A stretch of DNA of 64,000 nt, taken from the IMG/VR virus record IMGVR_UViG_3300045988_183134, positions 96,001-160,000 of that record; one strand, given 5' to 3'. This stretch comes from a virus. Below are positions 33,909-43,003 of this stretch, piece by piece; position 1 is the first letter of the stretch, and each line of letters starts with the position of its first letter. The notes below the pieces were generated by a model. That model made no database searches and was not told the origin of the DNA. It saw nothing but the letters and a program-made list of their open reading frames with translations. A program made the position numbers and the translations under genes.

Positions 33909-34208
33909 AAAATCAGTGGCTCAGAGCAGTAAGCCCCAGAGCTCCCTGATAAGGGCGAACTCATGGTGCATATCTGCGTCATCAAGTCATCACATGGTAG
34001 ACTGACGGGCCTTGCGGTGTTGCAAGAATGGTCAGGCGAGGGAAGCGATGAATCCCTCATTGCTGCCAAGTACATCGTGTTTTGATGCAGTCAGCGTCGA
34101 GAGGACGCGGATATGCATGGCTTGACTTTTGACCCGATGCATGCAGGAGCAAAGGAATCAAAAGAGATGGCCTAGTTCGAATCCACTATTTGAAAGGAGA
34201 TTACCCCA

Positions 34209-35795
34209 ATGAAATGTTACAAGCGCGTTGCAAGCGCTGTGATGGGTATGGCAATGGCCGCCAGCTGCATGGCTCCTATCACCGCTTACGCAATGGAAGA
34301 CACCAAACAGCCCACTGACAATACTGCTATTGCCAACCATCCCAATAACGAGACCATGCTGCACAGCACTCCCGTTTACCGCATCGGCGCCAAATCCTTC
34401 TACAAGGTGAACGACGACGGTTCCGTTGTCTACGCCGACCAGGATGCCGAAGGCTACACTGCAGTTCCTGCCGCTTATATTGCAGGCAGCCAGTATAACG
34501 ATGGCGAAGAGTACGGCGTTTATACCACCAAAAAGGCTGATGGCACCTTCCAGATGCATTACGTCAAGATTTCTGACTGCCAGCAGACTCAGGGTGGCGT
34601 GAACTGGAACCACGGCACTGCTGATGAAGCTAAGGTTTCTGACGATACCAAGGCTGAGGGCACCGACACCGCCACCAACGAAGACCCGACGATGTCCACC
34701 CAGTTCTACATCTACCTGGACAACGACACCGAGATTCCTCCCGAGACTCCTCCGACCGAGGAAGAGCATCCTGGCGTGAAGACCGATGACGGCCGCGTTG
34801 AGTACGATATCACCGTTGCTACCGTGAACCATGTCAACATGAAGGCTACTGTTCCTCTGTACGTCTGCATGTACGGTTTCCGTTCCACCGGCAACGTTGT
34901 TACCCCGACCAAGGATGCTTACCAGCTGCGCAACTACTCCACCATCGACAAGAACAGCCGCACCTACATTGCCGATATCGTGAAGGTTACCCATTACAGC
35001 CGCATCTACGATGCCGACCACTCCAACGACGAGCTGTTCTCCATCGCTTACGATGCCACCAGCAAGACCTACACCTACTGGTACAGCGACCCCTCCACCA
35101 CTCAGGGTTGGCAGCAGCCTGCTATCTACAAGACCCTGGCTGATGAGCATATCAACGCTTCCGGTGAGTGCTACGTCATCTACATCGATGGCGAGTGGGA
35201 CTTCAAGGCCGCTGGTACTCTGACCGGCGACGAGCTGCGCCAGACTGTGAAGGCTATCGACCAGAACCATCAGCTGTCTCAGGACTTCATCATCGGTGAT
35301 GGCGATACTCAGTGCAACTTCGGCAAGGCTTTCGCCGTTGGCGACAGCAAGACCGACAACTCCAAGCGTGAAGGTCTGGCCATCAAGGTTTCTGAGCTGC
35401 AGGCTGAGCCCGCAACCTGGCGTGTTGTGCCTATGAGCAACAGCGCCTTGAAGCGCGGCGAAATCGCTATGAGCATTGCTCCTGCTTCTGCAATGTACAA
35501 CGCTTCTGCTATCGACCTGTCCACCTGCTCCGCTCCTCTGGACATCACCGAGAACGGCTGGTTCATCGCTGGTGCTGAAAAGGCCAAGGTTGCTCAGGAT
35601 GGCGCTGGCACCGATGCTGTCAAGCATGACGATGCTCCGGCCCTGCCGCTGATTACCACCGCCAAGATTGCTGGTTCCAACGTCAACGACGCTGGCTGCA
35701 CTCCTGTCGTTCGCGTGACCTACAGCATCATCCCGATGTTCGAGACTGGCGATACTCAGACTGCTACCGCAGGCGGCGTCTCCAGCAACCGCTGA
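34209..35795 (+). CDS. secreted 528-aa protein homologous to the last module of the giant protein
   Basis: RBS AAAGGAG and signal peptide ...MAPITAYA|ME. KATVPLYVCMYGFRSTGNVV...LRNYSTI and LKRGEIAMSIA match ATVPLYVCMYGNTTSGEV...ITNYSTV and LRRGELYMRLR at 63.66-63.93 kb. Confidence 0.8.
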   Translation: MKCYKRVASAVMGMAMAASCMAPITAYAMEDTKQPTDNTAIANHPNNETMLHSTPVYRIGAKSFYKVNDDGSVVYADQDAEGYTAVPAAYIAGSQYNDGEEYGVYTTKKADGTFQMHYVKISDCQQTQGGVNWNHGTADEAKVSDDTKAEGTDTATNEDPTMSTQFYIYLDNDTEIPPETPPTEEEHPGVKTDDGRVEYDITVATVNHVNMKATVPLYVCMYGFRSTGNVVTPTKDAYQLRNYSTIDKNSRTYIADIVKVTHYSRIYDADHSNDELFSIAYDATSKTYTYWYSDPSTTQGWQQPAIYKTLADEHINASGECYVIYIDGEWDFKAAGTLTGDELRQTVKAIDQNHQLSQDFIIGDGDTQCNFGKAFAVGDSKTDNSKREGLAIKVSELQAEPATWRVVPMSNSALKRGEIAMSIAPASAMYNASAIDLSTCSAPLDITENGWFIAGAEKAKVAQDGAGTDAVKHDDAPALPLITTAKIAGSNVNDAGCTPVVRVTYSIIPMFETGDTQTATAGGVSSNR

Positions 35796-35924
35796 TAGAG
35801 TCTCCGGACCTAATATAAAGCAAGCCCAAATGTAAGGGTTGGCTGTCGAGTGACCTGCCGCTCGGCGGCCAACTTTTGTTAATAACAGCTCAGTCAAGTA
35901 ATTGACGGAAAGGAATTGAATATC

Positions 35925-36491
35925 ATGGCAACTACAATGACGACCCCTGAAAAGAATTCGAAGAAGAGTGGTAACAAGCTCCTGCATCGGACCGTTACGA
36001 TTTGTGTGATTCTCCTGCTTCTCCTGTGCGTGGGTCTGTTCTTCTGGCACAATAAAAATGCTACTGCTTCCGACAACCGCCTGGAAGATTCGGTCGCTGC
36101 ACAGCTTGGCCAGCTCGAAGGCAAGAGCGAGGCAGAGATTCAGGAAGAACTGAACCGCGTCGTGGAAGAGGGTACAATGGCCATCTCCATCAACGTCAAT
36201 CCGGTGTTTGATTCCGGCGATTCTGAAGGCACTCTCGAAATCGAGAATGCTCCCGGTAATAAATACGCTCAGGTTGTGAGCATCACCCTGGATGATAGCG
36301 GCAAGGAAATCTACAACAGTGGACTTATCCAGCCTAACTATCACATCCAGACAGATAAGCTGTCCGAGGCCCTGGCTGCCGGTTCTTATGACTGCACCGC
36401 TACCTTCACGGCTTATGATACCACCGATGCCGAGAATCCTATCGAGGTTGGCACTGCTGCTGCCAAGATTACGATTTCTGTGCTGTCTTAA
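35925..36491 (+). CDS. N-terminally anchored protein (188 aa)
   Basis: ORF 35916..36491, with ATG at 35925. TM helix is TVTICVILLLLLCVGLFFW. Confidence 0.6.
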   Translation: MATTMTTPEKNSKKSGNKLLHRTVTICVILLLLLCVGLFFWHNKNATASDNRLEDSVAAQLGQLEGKSEAEIQEELNRVVEEGTMAISINVNPVFDSGDSEGTLEIENAPGNKYAQVVSITLDDSGKEIYNSGLIQPNYHIQTDKLSEALAAGSYDCTATFTAYDTTDAENPIEVGTAAAKITISVLS

Positions 36492-36497
36492 CGATTC

Positions 36498-36535
36498 GCC
36501 CCGGTGCAGACTTCGGTTTGCCCCGGGGCTTTTTT
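36498..36535 (+). terminator. intrinsic terminator
   Basis: gccccgg...ccggggc followed by TTTTTT. Confidence 0.6.
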
Positions 36536-36567
36536 GGAACTTGTGATGCTGCAAAGGAGGCATTCCC

Positions 36568-36954
36568 GTGAAACAGCTTGCGAAAGTTCTCGCGTCTTTC
36601 TCGCTGGCCGCAACGATGTGTTTGGGCGTTGGCTTTGCAGCCGATTCTCCGCATCCTGGTGAGCATGGCACGGTTGACAAGGCTATGGTCTCTGAAGAAA
36701 CCGATAAGGCTTACGATGAGAAGCCGAACATGGGTACAAAATTCAATTTGTATCTTGCGCCTGACATCCCCGAAACGGTTCCTCCTATTAAAAAGGATGT
36801 TCCTAAGATGGGCGATACCGGCATTCCTCAGGAATCCCTGCTCCAGGCCCTGCTGGTAGCGGGTGGCTGCTATCTTGTGAGCGATGGCGTGGCTGTTGCT
36901 TGCAAGGGTGGACGCCGTAAACCTAAGAAGACTGCGGAACTGAAAAACGCATAA
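36568..36954 (+). CDS. secreted 128-aa protein with a C-terminal anchor-like tail (VPKMGDTG, then a hydrophobic stretch, then KGGRRKPKK)
   Basis: GTG start follows GGAGG. Signal peptide is ...CLGVGFA|AD. NMGTKFNLYLAPDIPETVPP matches TMSTQFYIYLDNDTEIPPETPP of 34209..35795. Confidence 0.65.
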   Translation: MKQLAKVLASFSLAATMCLGVGFAADSPHPGEHGTVDKAMVSEETDKAYDEKPNMGTKFNLYLAPDIPETVPPIKKDVPKMGDTGIPQESLLQALLVAGGCYLVSDGVAVACKGGRRKPKKTAELKNA

Positions 36955-36957
36955 GAA

Positions 36958-36993
36958 GAGCCCCGGTGCTGAAATGCATCGGGGCTTTTCTTT
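36958..36993. terminator. bidirectional terminator between convergent genes
   Basis: gccccggtgc-tgaaat-gcatcggggc followed by a T-rich stretch. Confidence 0.65.
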
Positions 36994-37005
36994 ATATTAG
37001 GAGGC

Positions 37006-38199
37006 TTACTGCCAATTCACCGGGTACTCATAAATGTCATAGCTGTCTGCGCTTTTGTCAATTTCATTCTTCTTAAACGCATCGATACTATCGTATACCG
37101 TCATCGTGATGCTGTTGGCGTGACCATCTACATCCACCGAACCATCGCTGTCGATGATGACGTTCTTAATCCAGAAGCCGAGAACTGCTGTTCCGGTTTC
37201 TTCGGTTTTGTCATCGATGTATTCGACTTCGTAGGGGATGAACAAGTCGTTGTATTCGCTAGAGAAGTTGCGTTCACCGTCTCCGCCTCTCCAGGAAATC
37301 ATGTATCCGACATCTGCCCAACGCGGCTCACCAACATTTTCTCTCGAAAAGCCAATTTCGTTGTGGTCTGCATCAAACACCGATTCTTTGTGAACGTTGT
37401 AGTCAGAACCGGCACTGTCTTCCAATCTGGCAACGGCAATCGGCTTGACGGCATCCAGAACGTCCTGAGTCACTTCGTCCACAGAGCGAATATATTTGGG
37501 TGCTCCCTTAACGGGAATCTCAATCGTGTCGCGGGTGAGTGCATATTTTTTAGCAAAATCTTGTGGAGCTTTTGGTTTTACATGTAAGGCGATGGTGTCG
37601 TCTTCGCTGTATTCCTTGTACGTGTCGAAATCATCCACATAATATTGTAGATTTTTAAGCGGACTATCTTCGGGGGCATCATTTATAAGGTTGAGTCTCA
37701 ATTCAGGGATTGTCCCGATGATTTCAAACGAAACTTTGCCTTCTTCAGGATTTTCGCTAAAAATTGTTGTGAATATCGAATCATCAAACGGGTCAACCAT
37801 CTCGGGCTCTTTCAAACCCGATACTGTGATTTCCTTGCTTGCTGCTTTGGCGGTTACTTTGTTCTCTTTTTGGAAGTAATCGGAAACCTCAACACTCAGG
37901 GTAACGGTATCGCCGTTTGACAGGTTCTCGGATGGCGTGACCTCGTAGTTCACTTCGCCCATCATGGCCGTTTCCGTGCGAGCTTCATCCATGTCAGTTT
38001 GACTCTTGCCTTTGCCGAAAACATCCGTTCCGATTTTATTGTAATCGACATTGACGGTTGCAGTTGCCTGACCATTTATCCCGTCGAACGTGACATCCGC
38101 ATATTGCAGGAAATCAACAGTCTTGGAACAGCCTGTGAGCGACAGCGCGAGCCCTGCGGTTGCTGCTGCAACCAAAAGTAAACGCCTTAACCCTTTCAT
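37006..38199 (-). CDS. lipoprotein (397 aa)
   Basis: ORF 37006..38262. ATG 38199 follows AAGGAG. Lipobox is LALSLTG|CSK. Confidence 0.75.
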   Translation of the reverse strand: MKGLRRLLLVAAATAGLALSLTGCSKTVDFLQYADVTFDGINGQATATVNVDYNKIGTDVFGKGKSQTDMDEARTETAMMGEVNYEVTPSENLSNGDTVTLSVEVSDYFQKENKVTAKAASKEITVSGLKEPEMVDPFDDSIFTTIFSENPEEGKVSFEIIGTIPELRLNLINDAPEDSPLKNLQYYVDDFDTYKEYSEDDTIALHVKPKAPQDFAKKYALTRDTIEIPVKGAPKYIRSVDEVTQDVLDAVKPIAVARLEDSAGSDYNVHKESVFDADHNEIGFSRENVGEPRWADVGYMISWRGGDGERNFSSEYNDLFIPYEVEYIDDKTEETGTAVLGFWIKNVIIDSDGSVDVDGHANSITMTVYDSIDAFKKNEIDKSADSYDIYEYPVNWQ

Positions 38200-38367
38200 T
38201 TCAAACACTCCTTTTTGTTGGATTTCTGTTGGCGTTGTATTGCTTTTATTATAACATGACACATATTTGCGGTCAACATATCTGCGACAGGTACAATAAA
38301 TATGAGAAATATTAGGAATTTAGAAGATTTATTGCAGTTTAGAATTTGTATGAGTTTCAACTGTCAG

Positions 38368-38395
38368 TTGCCGGAATGTGCGAATCTCATACAAT
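38368..38395 (+). promoter_or_regulatory. TGTGCGAA-box promoter, copy i
   Basis: TTGCCG-gaa-TGTGCGAA-tctca-TACAAT-aaaaat, 45 nt upstream of ATG 38440. Confidence 0.55.
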
Positions 38396-38439
38396 AAAAA
38401 TAGACAATATCGTAATTTGCGCCGTTGTGGGGTGTACAA

Positions 38440-39324
38440 ATGCATACAGATAACAAAACAAAACTGACCTGGTTCGGGATTCTTCGATTGATAGTAGGCG
38501 GAATCTTTCGGCTTATCAGCATCGTTGCACTTCTGGCTGTGCTTGGAATCAGCTATCTTCTGTTTCAAAATGTAAAGCAGACAAAGGAAACGCAGGACCT
38601 CAATGTTCAGCTGGTTGAGATGCGTCAGGAAGCAGAAACCGAAGAAGACAATACGGACTGGTCTAAGGGTATGTTGGACGTGAACCCGGATTATAAAGGC
38701 TGGCTCACGATTTACGGAACACAAATCTCCGAACCAGTCGTGCAGGGGGAAACAAACGAAACTTATCTGCGCACCAACATCAATGGCGAACACGCTGAAG
38801 CGGGGACACTGTTCCTCGATGAAACCACTGATTTGACTCAGGATGGCAACCTTATCATTTACGGCCATAAAATGAACGACGGAACCATGTTCGGAACTCT
38901 TGATAAGTTTGAGGATGAAGAGTTTTTTGATAATAATGGAACAGTTTGCTGGGAAAGTGAGAAGGGCAAAGAGTACTATCAGATTTTTGCGCTCTTGGTT
39001 TTACCCGGATACAGTACAGCCCCTGATTTTATCGACCTTCAAGCCTGGAACAACGTTCTGGACGAAGAGCAAACTGCCGACATGCTCAACACGATTGCAG
39101 ACCGAGCTTCTATCTTTAGAGGGGAATCCTTTAATCTTGAAAAGGACAAGTACATCTTCCTGGTGACTTGTGATTACAGCATCAACAACGGCCGCCTTGT
39201 TCTAGTGGGCAGGCGGCTCAGCAAGAAGAGCGAGACGGAAGACACCACAGAGGAAAGTACCGATAACGCGGAAGAGGTTATATCGGAAGACGGGGCAGAG
39301 ACGTCATCAGAACCAGAGGTGTGA
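38440..39324 (+). CDS. srtB: class B sortase with an acidic C-terminal tail
   Basis: N-terminal TM helix. Motifs are LTIYGTQISEPVVQG, IIYGHKMNDGTMFGTL, IFLVTCDYS and GRLVLVGRRL. Confidence 0.8.
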   Translation: MHTDNKTKLTWFGILRLIVGGIFRLISIVALLAVLGISYLLFQNVKQTKETQDLNVQLVEMRQEAETEEDNTDWSKGMLDVNPDYKGWLTIYGTQISEPVVQGETNETYLRTNINGEHAEAGTLFLDETTDLTQDGNLIIYGHKMNDGTMFGTLDKFEDEEFFDNNGTVCWESEKGKEYYQIFALLVLPGYSTAPDFIDLQAWNNVLDEEQTADMLNTIADRASIFRGESFNLEKDKYIFLVTCDYSINNGRLVLVGRRLSKKSETEDTTEESTDNAEEVISEDGAETSSEPEV

Positions 39325-40754
39325 AGAAGGAAATGAACATGGAGCAGAACGTAGCACTAGAAATGTTCGGCTATTTGAAAGAACATTTTGTTGGTCTGGC
39401 AAAAGACAAAGGCGATGAGGTCATTGAAGGCAGTGAATTTATTCGTGTGACTCGCTCTAAAACCAATAATGTGTGGGATTGTGAAAAAGAAGTAAAGCAG
39501 CTGCTTGATAAAACAGGTGGTAACAATGTAAAAGTTAATTGCCCAACGGATTGTGTGATTATCAACTATAGTTCAAAGGTTCAATCGCTGTATGTCGGGC
39601 TGTTTTCTGCGCGGGAAATGTCATACACTTACAGCGGTATTGAAAAAAGCTATTTTGAGATGCTTGCTACAAACGAAAGACGAGTAAAAGGTTACTCGTA
39701 CAGCAAGGATGGCGTTTTGTATGCTCATTCAACGCTGCGCCGTAAGGTGAGTCGTTCAAAATCAAAGATACCAGAATACAATCCACCGTTTTCTATGAAC
39801 TTTGTTTCAAAAGGGACGAAACATTGGCCTTGCACAATGAAAGACCTGTTCTCCGTTCGGGCAATGGGCAGCAGCTTGTTTGATGATTTTATCCGGGCAA
39901 TGATGCTTTACTGGGGTAAGTCGAATTCGATTTGGAACGACCTGGAAAAGGATTATGCCGGGATGTCTGCCTATGGTGCCATTCCACTTTCGATAATCAA
40001 GGAATCTCACACAAGAAAAGAACTCATTGCAAAGTACTACGGGGAAGATAAAGCATTTAATCGCAACAATCGAGAGCCTATCGGATATGGCATTTTCTTG
40101 GCGCGGGCTGCAAGGGTTGTGAAACCGGAGGAACTTCAAAAGCTGTTTGGATACAATCCGGGCTTTGTATTTATTGGTAGGGCTAAAAACGATTTGGTTG
40201 AGCCGCTGGTTCGGTTCATTGGAAACAGCATCCCGGAAGAAGATAACAAACGATACTCGTCTATCGATGCGAATATAAAAGATGCCATTTTAATGAGCTT
40301 CAAGAAGAGAAAGCTCATTCCGGTGTCTTTTAAGTCTGTAAATGGATTCGTCAAATGGCATGATGAATTGGCTTTGACATATATATATTCTGCGGCTGAA
40401 AAAATGCAAATTAAAGAAGATTCTAAGTTCAACCAACTGAAGCTGCCGGAAGATTGTGTTAAATTGACAACAACTAGGCAGATGGTGGAAGAAGGTATAT
40501 TCCAGCATAATTGCGTTGCTTCATATATCGATAGGGTAAACAATGATTACTGTTCGATTTGGTCACAGAGAAAAGCAGATGGGACGCGAAATACCATTGA
40601 AATCCAAATGAAAAACAAAAAGTACTGTATTGTTCAAATGTGTGCTTTTGCCAATCAACGCCCCTTGGAAGAGGACTATAAAAAAGTCAAATGCGCTGTT
40701 GATGAATGCAACAAGGCAAAGAAAAGAGAATTATTGCCTCCAACAGTTAGTTGA
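39321..40754 (+). CDS. PcfJ-like protein (477 aa)
   Basis: GTG start overlaps the srtB stop; alternative starts are ATG 39333 or 39339. The C-terminal block is EEGIFQHNCVASYIDRVNNDYCSIWSQRK...TIEIQ...IVQMCAFANQRP. Confidence 0.7.
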   Translation: MKKEMNMEQNVALEMFGYLKEHFVGLAKDKGDEVIEGSEFIRVTRSKTNNVWDCEKEVKQLLDKTGGNNVKVNCPTDCVIINYSSKVQSLYVGLFSAREMSYTYSGIEKSYFEMLATNERRVKGYSYSKDGVLYAHSTLRRKVSRSKSKIPEYNPPFSMNFVSKGTKHWPCTMKDLFSVRAMGSSLFDDFIRAMMLYWGKSNSIWNDLEKDYAGMSAYGAIPLSIIKESHTRKELIAKYYGEDKAFNRNNREPIGYGIFLARAARVVKPEELQKLFGYNPGFVFIGRAKNDLVEPLVRFIGNSIPEEDNKRYSSIDANIKDAILMSFKKRKLIPVSFKSVNGFVKWHDELALTYIYSAAEKMQIKEDSKFNQLKLPEDCVKLTTTRQMVEEGIFQHNCVASYIDRVNNDYCSIWSQRKADGTRNTIEIQMKNKKYCIVQMCAFANQRPLEEDYKKVKCAVDECNKAKKRELLPPTVS

Positions 40755-40813
40755 CCCTATGATTATTACCGGCTTTGGAAAAGCACTAAGATAAAAGCTA
40801 GAAAGTGATAAAA

Positions 40814-41389
40814 ATGCTAAACCTTTTACATAATAAGCCCCAGCTGCACCTGTTTGCACCTGAACCGTTGTCCGTGACGGTCCTTTCGAGACAGGATACT
40901 GAAGAACAGGCTTCGACATTTGGTTTCAATGACTTCGTTGTGAGCATCGGGAATCCCGAACAAGCTGAGCTTCATTTCCCGTGCCCGTCTCTTCACCTGC
41001 ATTTCTTCGACAAGGAAGACGAGCGGTGCATCACAGAGGAACAAGCAGAGGCTCTTGCGGCGTTTGTCCGAAAAGAAATCGGACTTGGCCGTCATCATTT
41101 CATTGTTCATTGCAACCAGGGGATATCTCGAAGTGCGGGTGCTGCAGCAGCGTTCCTACGAGCGTTTGGGTTTGATGAAGGAATCATCCTGGATGATGGC
41201 CGATACTGCATCAATGGTTGGTGCTATCTCCATGTATGCCGTGCGTTTGGCTTGAAGGTTTCTGAGGAAGAAGCGACCGCTGCAAGGCTCCGGAGCAGAC
41301 GGGCATATCTGCTGACCTGGTCCGTGGTAGGCGACGAAGAGGAAACGAATGATTCTGAAGATACAACAACAGATGTAGATTTGACTTGA
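40814..41389 (+). CDS. Cys-based (PTP-loop) phosphatase-like protein
   Basis: ORF 40805..41389 with CX5R(S) loop FIVHCNQGISRSAGAA and an acidic tail. Confidence 0.6.
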   Translation: MLNLLHNKPQLHLFAPEPLSVTVLSRQDTEEQASTFGFNDFVVSIGNPEQAELHFPCPSLHLHFFDKEDERCITEEQAEALAAFVRKEIGLGRHHFIVHCNQGISRSAGAAAAFLRAFGFDEGIILDDGRYCINGWCYLHVCRAFGLKVSEEEATAARLRSRRAYLLTWSVVGDEEETNDSEDTTTDVDLT

Positions 41390-41405
41390 AAGGCGGGAAT
41401 ATAAA

Positions 41406-41777
41406 ATGCAACTCGAAAAGATGCTACTGGAATACGATTGCTTTCCGATTTTGGCTATATACGTTGAGGATGGCAAGCGCTACTTTTGCAATGGTACTGA
41501 ACTCCGGACATATGACCGCATTGTTGCGTATCCGGCTACGGCGTCTCAGTTAATTCGGGTTCTCACCAATGAAGCTACACTTGCCGGAGTATTCGGAAAC
41601 GCGGAGACTGTGTGGGTAGCAACTCAAGAACCTGGTTCCGATGACTTCAAAATCGAAAAGAAATCTGCAGCAGACTTGGACAAATACGACAAGCTGCCAG
41701 AAGGGGTGTATGCGTCGTCTCACCCTGAACGATTAGCGAAATATGTAGAGTTCTTAACGAGCGTTGATGCAGAATAA
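41406..41777 (+). CDS. 123-aa protein, short paralog of 52058..52720
   Basis: Shared blocks are LEYD..P.L, RYFCN.TE.RTY, KYD(K/R)LP and SHP(E/N)RL(A/E)KY. It starts 17 nt after the phosphatase-like gene. Confidence 0.7.
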   Translation: MQLEKMLLEYDCFPILAIYVEDGKRYFCNGTELRTYDRIVAYPATASQLIRVLTNEATLAGVFGNAETVWVATQEPGSDDFKIEKKSAADLDKYDKLPEGVYASSHPERLAKYVEFLTSVDAE

Positions 41778-41780
41778 TAA

Positions 41781-41855
41781 AGAACGGCACGAAAGCTAAA
41801 ACCGAAACTACTGTACCTAAAAAAACAGTAGGGTAATAGCTAACGTGCCGTTTCT
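41781..41855. terminator. long hairpin/bidirectional terminator between convergent genes
   Basis: agaacggcacg...cgtgccgtttct enclosing an inner hairpin ctactgtacc...acagtag. Confidence 0.55.
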
Positions 41856-41868
41856 TGTGCGATGATTG

Positions 41869-42240
41869 TCAGACGTGCAATTTTTCCTTGAGCCCTTCCT
41901 GAAGTACCTGCGAAAAATCGATGTTTTCTTTTTCAGCAAGCTCATTGAGCCAGCAGGGGATTGCAATGCTCTTCTGAACCATACGTTGTTGCTCCTCAAG
42001 AGACACATCAACGAGTGTGACGATTTGTCCGGATTTAGCAGCTATGCCGTTGGTCGAGAATGGCTTCGGTATTGACTTTTCTGCGTTTTCTTCGGAAAAA
42101 GCCCACATGCAAATGGCGTTTTTCGCGGCGCTAATGGCGTCGGATTGCTGCTCACCTTTAACAGTTAGGTTGAAGTCTGGAATGTATGCTGTGTATCCTT
42201 CTTCTGTAGAAGTCAATACGATGGGGTAGGCTGTCTTCAT
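41869..42240 (-). CDS. hicB: HicB-family antitoxin-like protein
   Basis: ORF 41869..42426. ATG 42240 gives MKTAYPIVLTSTEEGYTAYIPDFNLTVKGEQQSDAISAAKNAI...SIPKP plus the C-terminal KSIAIPCWLNELAEKENIDFSQVLQEGLKEKL. Confidence 0.65.
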   Translation of the reverse strand: MKTAYPIVLTSTEEGYTAYIPDFNLTVKGEQQSDAISAAKNAICMWAFSEENAEKSIPKPFSTNGIAAKSGQIVTLVDVSLEEQQRMVQKSIAIPCWLNELAEKENIDFSQVLQEGLKEKLHV

Positions 42241-42292
42241 ATATACCTTTAATTCAAATAATTCAATCGATTGGACGTTCTGAAACTGATAT

Positions 42293-43003
42293 TTAGCGGA
42301 TAATATAGTCTCTAATGTGGCGGACAGTTTCTGGATGTTTCTCCAAATGGTCACACTGTTGTGCGAGGAGACAGGCAAAAACGAAGCGCGGGTCCGAATG
42401 AGGCCAAATAATGTTGCCTTTTTCATCTGAAAAGTAAAAGTCTATGGTGCTGTACAGAGGAGACGTTGCGGGAAGTGGTATGATTGACCCGTTGAAATCA
42501 ATTTCAAAGATAGAATTCGTCGCCTGAGCTGCGGCAACATGATGACGATGGTTAGTCACTACCACTAAGTTGAGCTCCGGATAATATTTGCCCTTAGGAA
42601 TCTCCTCAGCCAAATTAAAACCCTCCTGCTCAATATCTTTCATTGCGTCAATCAATTTGCCTGTGGTGTCAGGAAATACTATGATATGGTTTTTACTTGC
42701 TGAAAAGTGCCCTTTCGTTGAATTCATTTCAAATGCAGGAGGGAGCTTTACCAGTTCTTGAAGTTCGGTGAGATATTGAGAATTCGTGCGGTAGGCGTAA
42801 AAGCCTGCCATTTCATGAAGCAGGCTGTCAATGTAGAAGCGACCATACAAGATTCTTTCGTCTACAGGCATTGTATCGTCGTCCATCATTGCAATTGTTG
42901 TTGCAGCATCTCCGAGCCAAGAATTGTTGCGTAGAGCTTTTTCAATGTCAACAACAGGGTCGTGATAGTTTGGAAGATATTTGAAAATCTCAGTGTTATT
43001 CAA
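42293..43003 (-). CDS. hypothetical protein (236 aa), middle gene of the HicB-like operon
   Basis: ORF from the track. It overlaps the upstream gene by 8 nt. Confidence 0.65.
   Translation of the reverse strand: MNNTEIFKYLPNYHDPVVDIEKALRNNSWLGDAATTIAMMDDDTMPVDERILYGRFYIDSLLHEMAGFYAYRTNSQYLTELQELVKLPPAFEMNSTKGHFSASKNHIIVFPDTTGKLIDAMKDIEQEGFNLAEEIPKGKYYPELNLVVVTNHRHHVAAAQATNSIFEIDFNGSIIPLPATSPLYSTIDFYFSDEKGNIIWPHSDPRFVFACLLAQQCDHLEKHPETVRHIRDYIIR

Noticed and set aside
33624-34075. ORFs 33624-33932 (+) and 33764-34075 (-)
   Set aside because: They overlap the minus-strand gene's 5' end, A-tracts and promoter m, and have no translation signals.
17332-34208. Assignment of the leaders at 17.4, 19.2, 30.9 and 34.0 kb to known riboswitch, T-box or attenuator classes
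   Set aside because: I could not find the hallmark sequences: T-box AGGGUGGUACCGCG, the B12 box, SAM/c-di-GMP cores or a PyrR loop. They are left as unclassified.
34158-36680. 840-aa minus-strand ORF
   Set aside because: It spans three separate + strand genes plus their terminator and promoter regions. This is an antisense artefact of codon bias.
41778-42292. Hidden HicA toxin gene next to the HicB-like gene
   Set aside because: The flanks are a 52-nt gap and a long terminator hairpin. No ORF of about 60 aa with an RBS fits.
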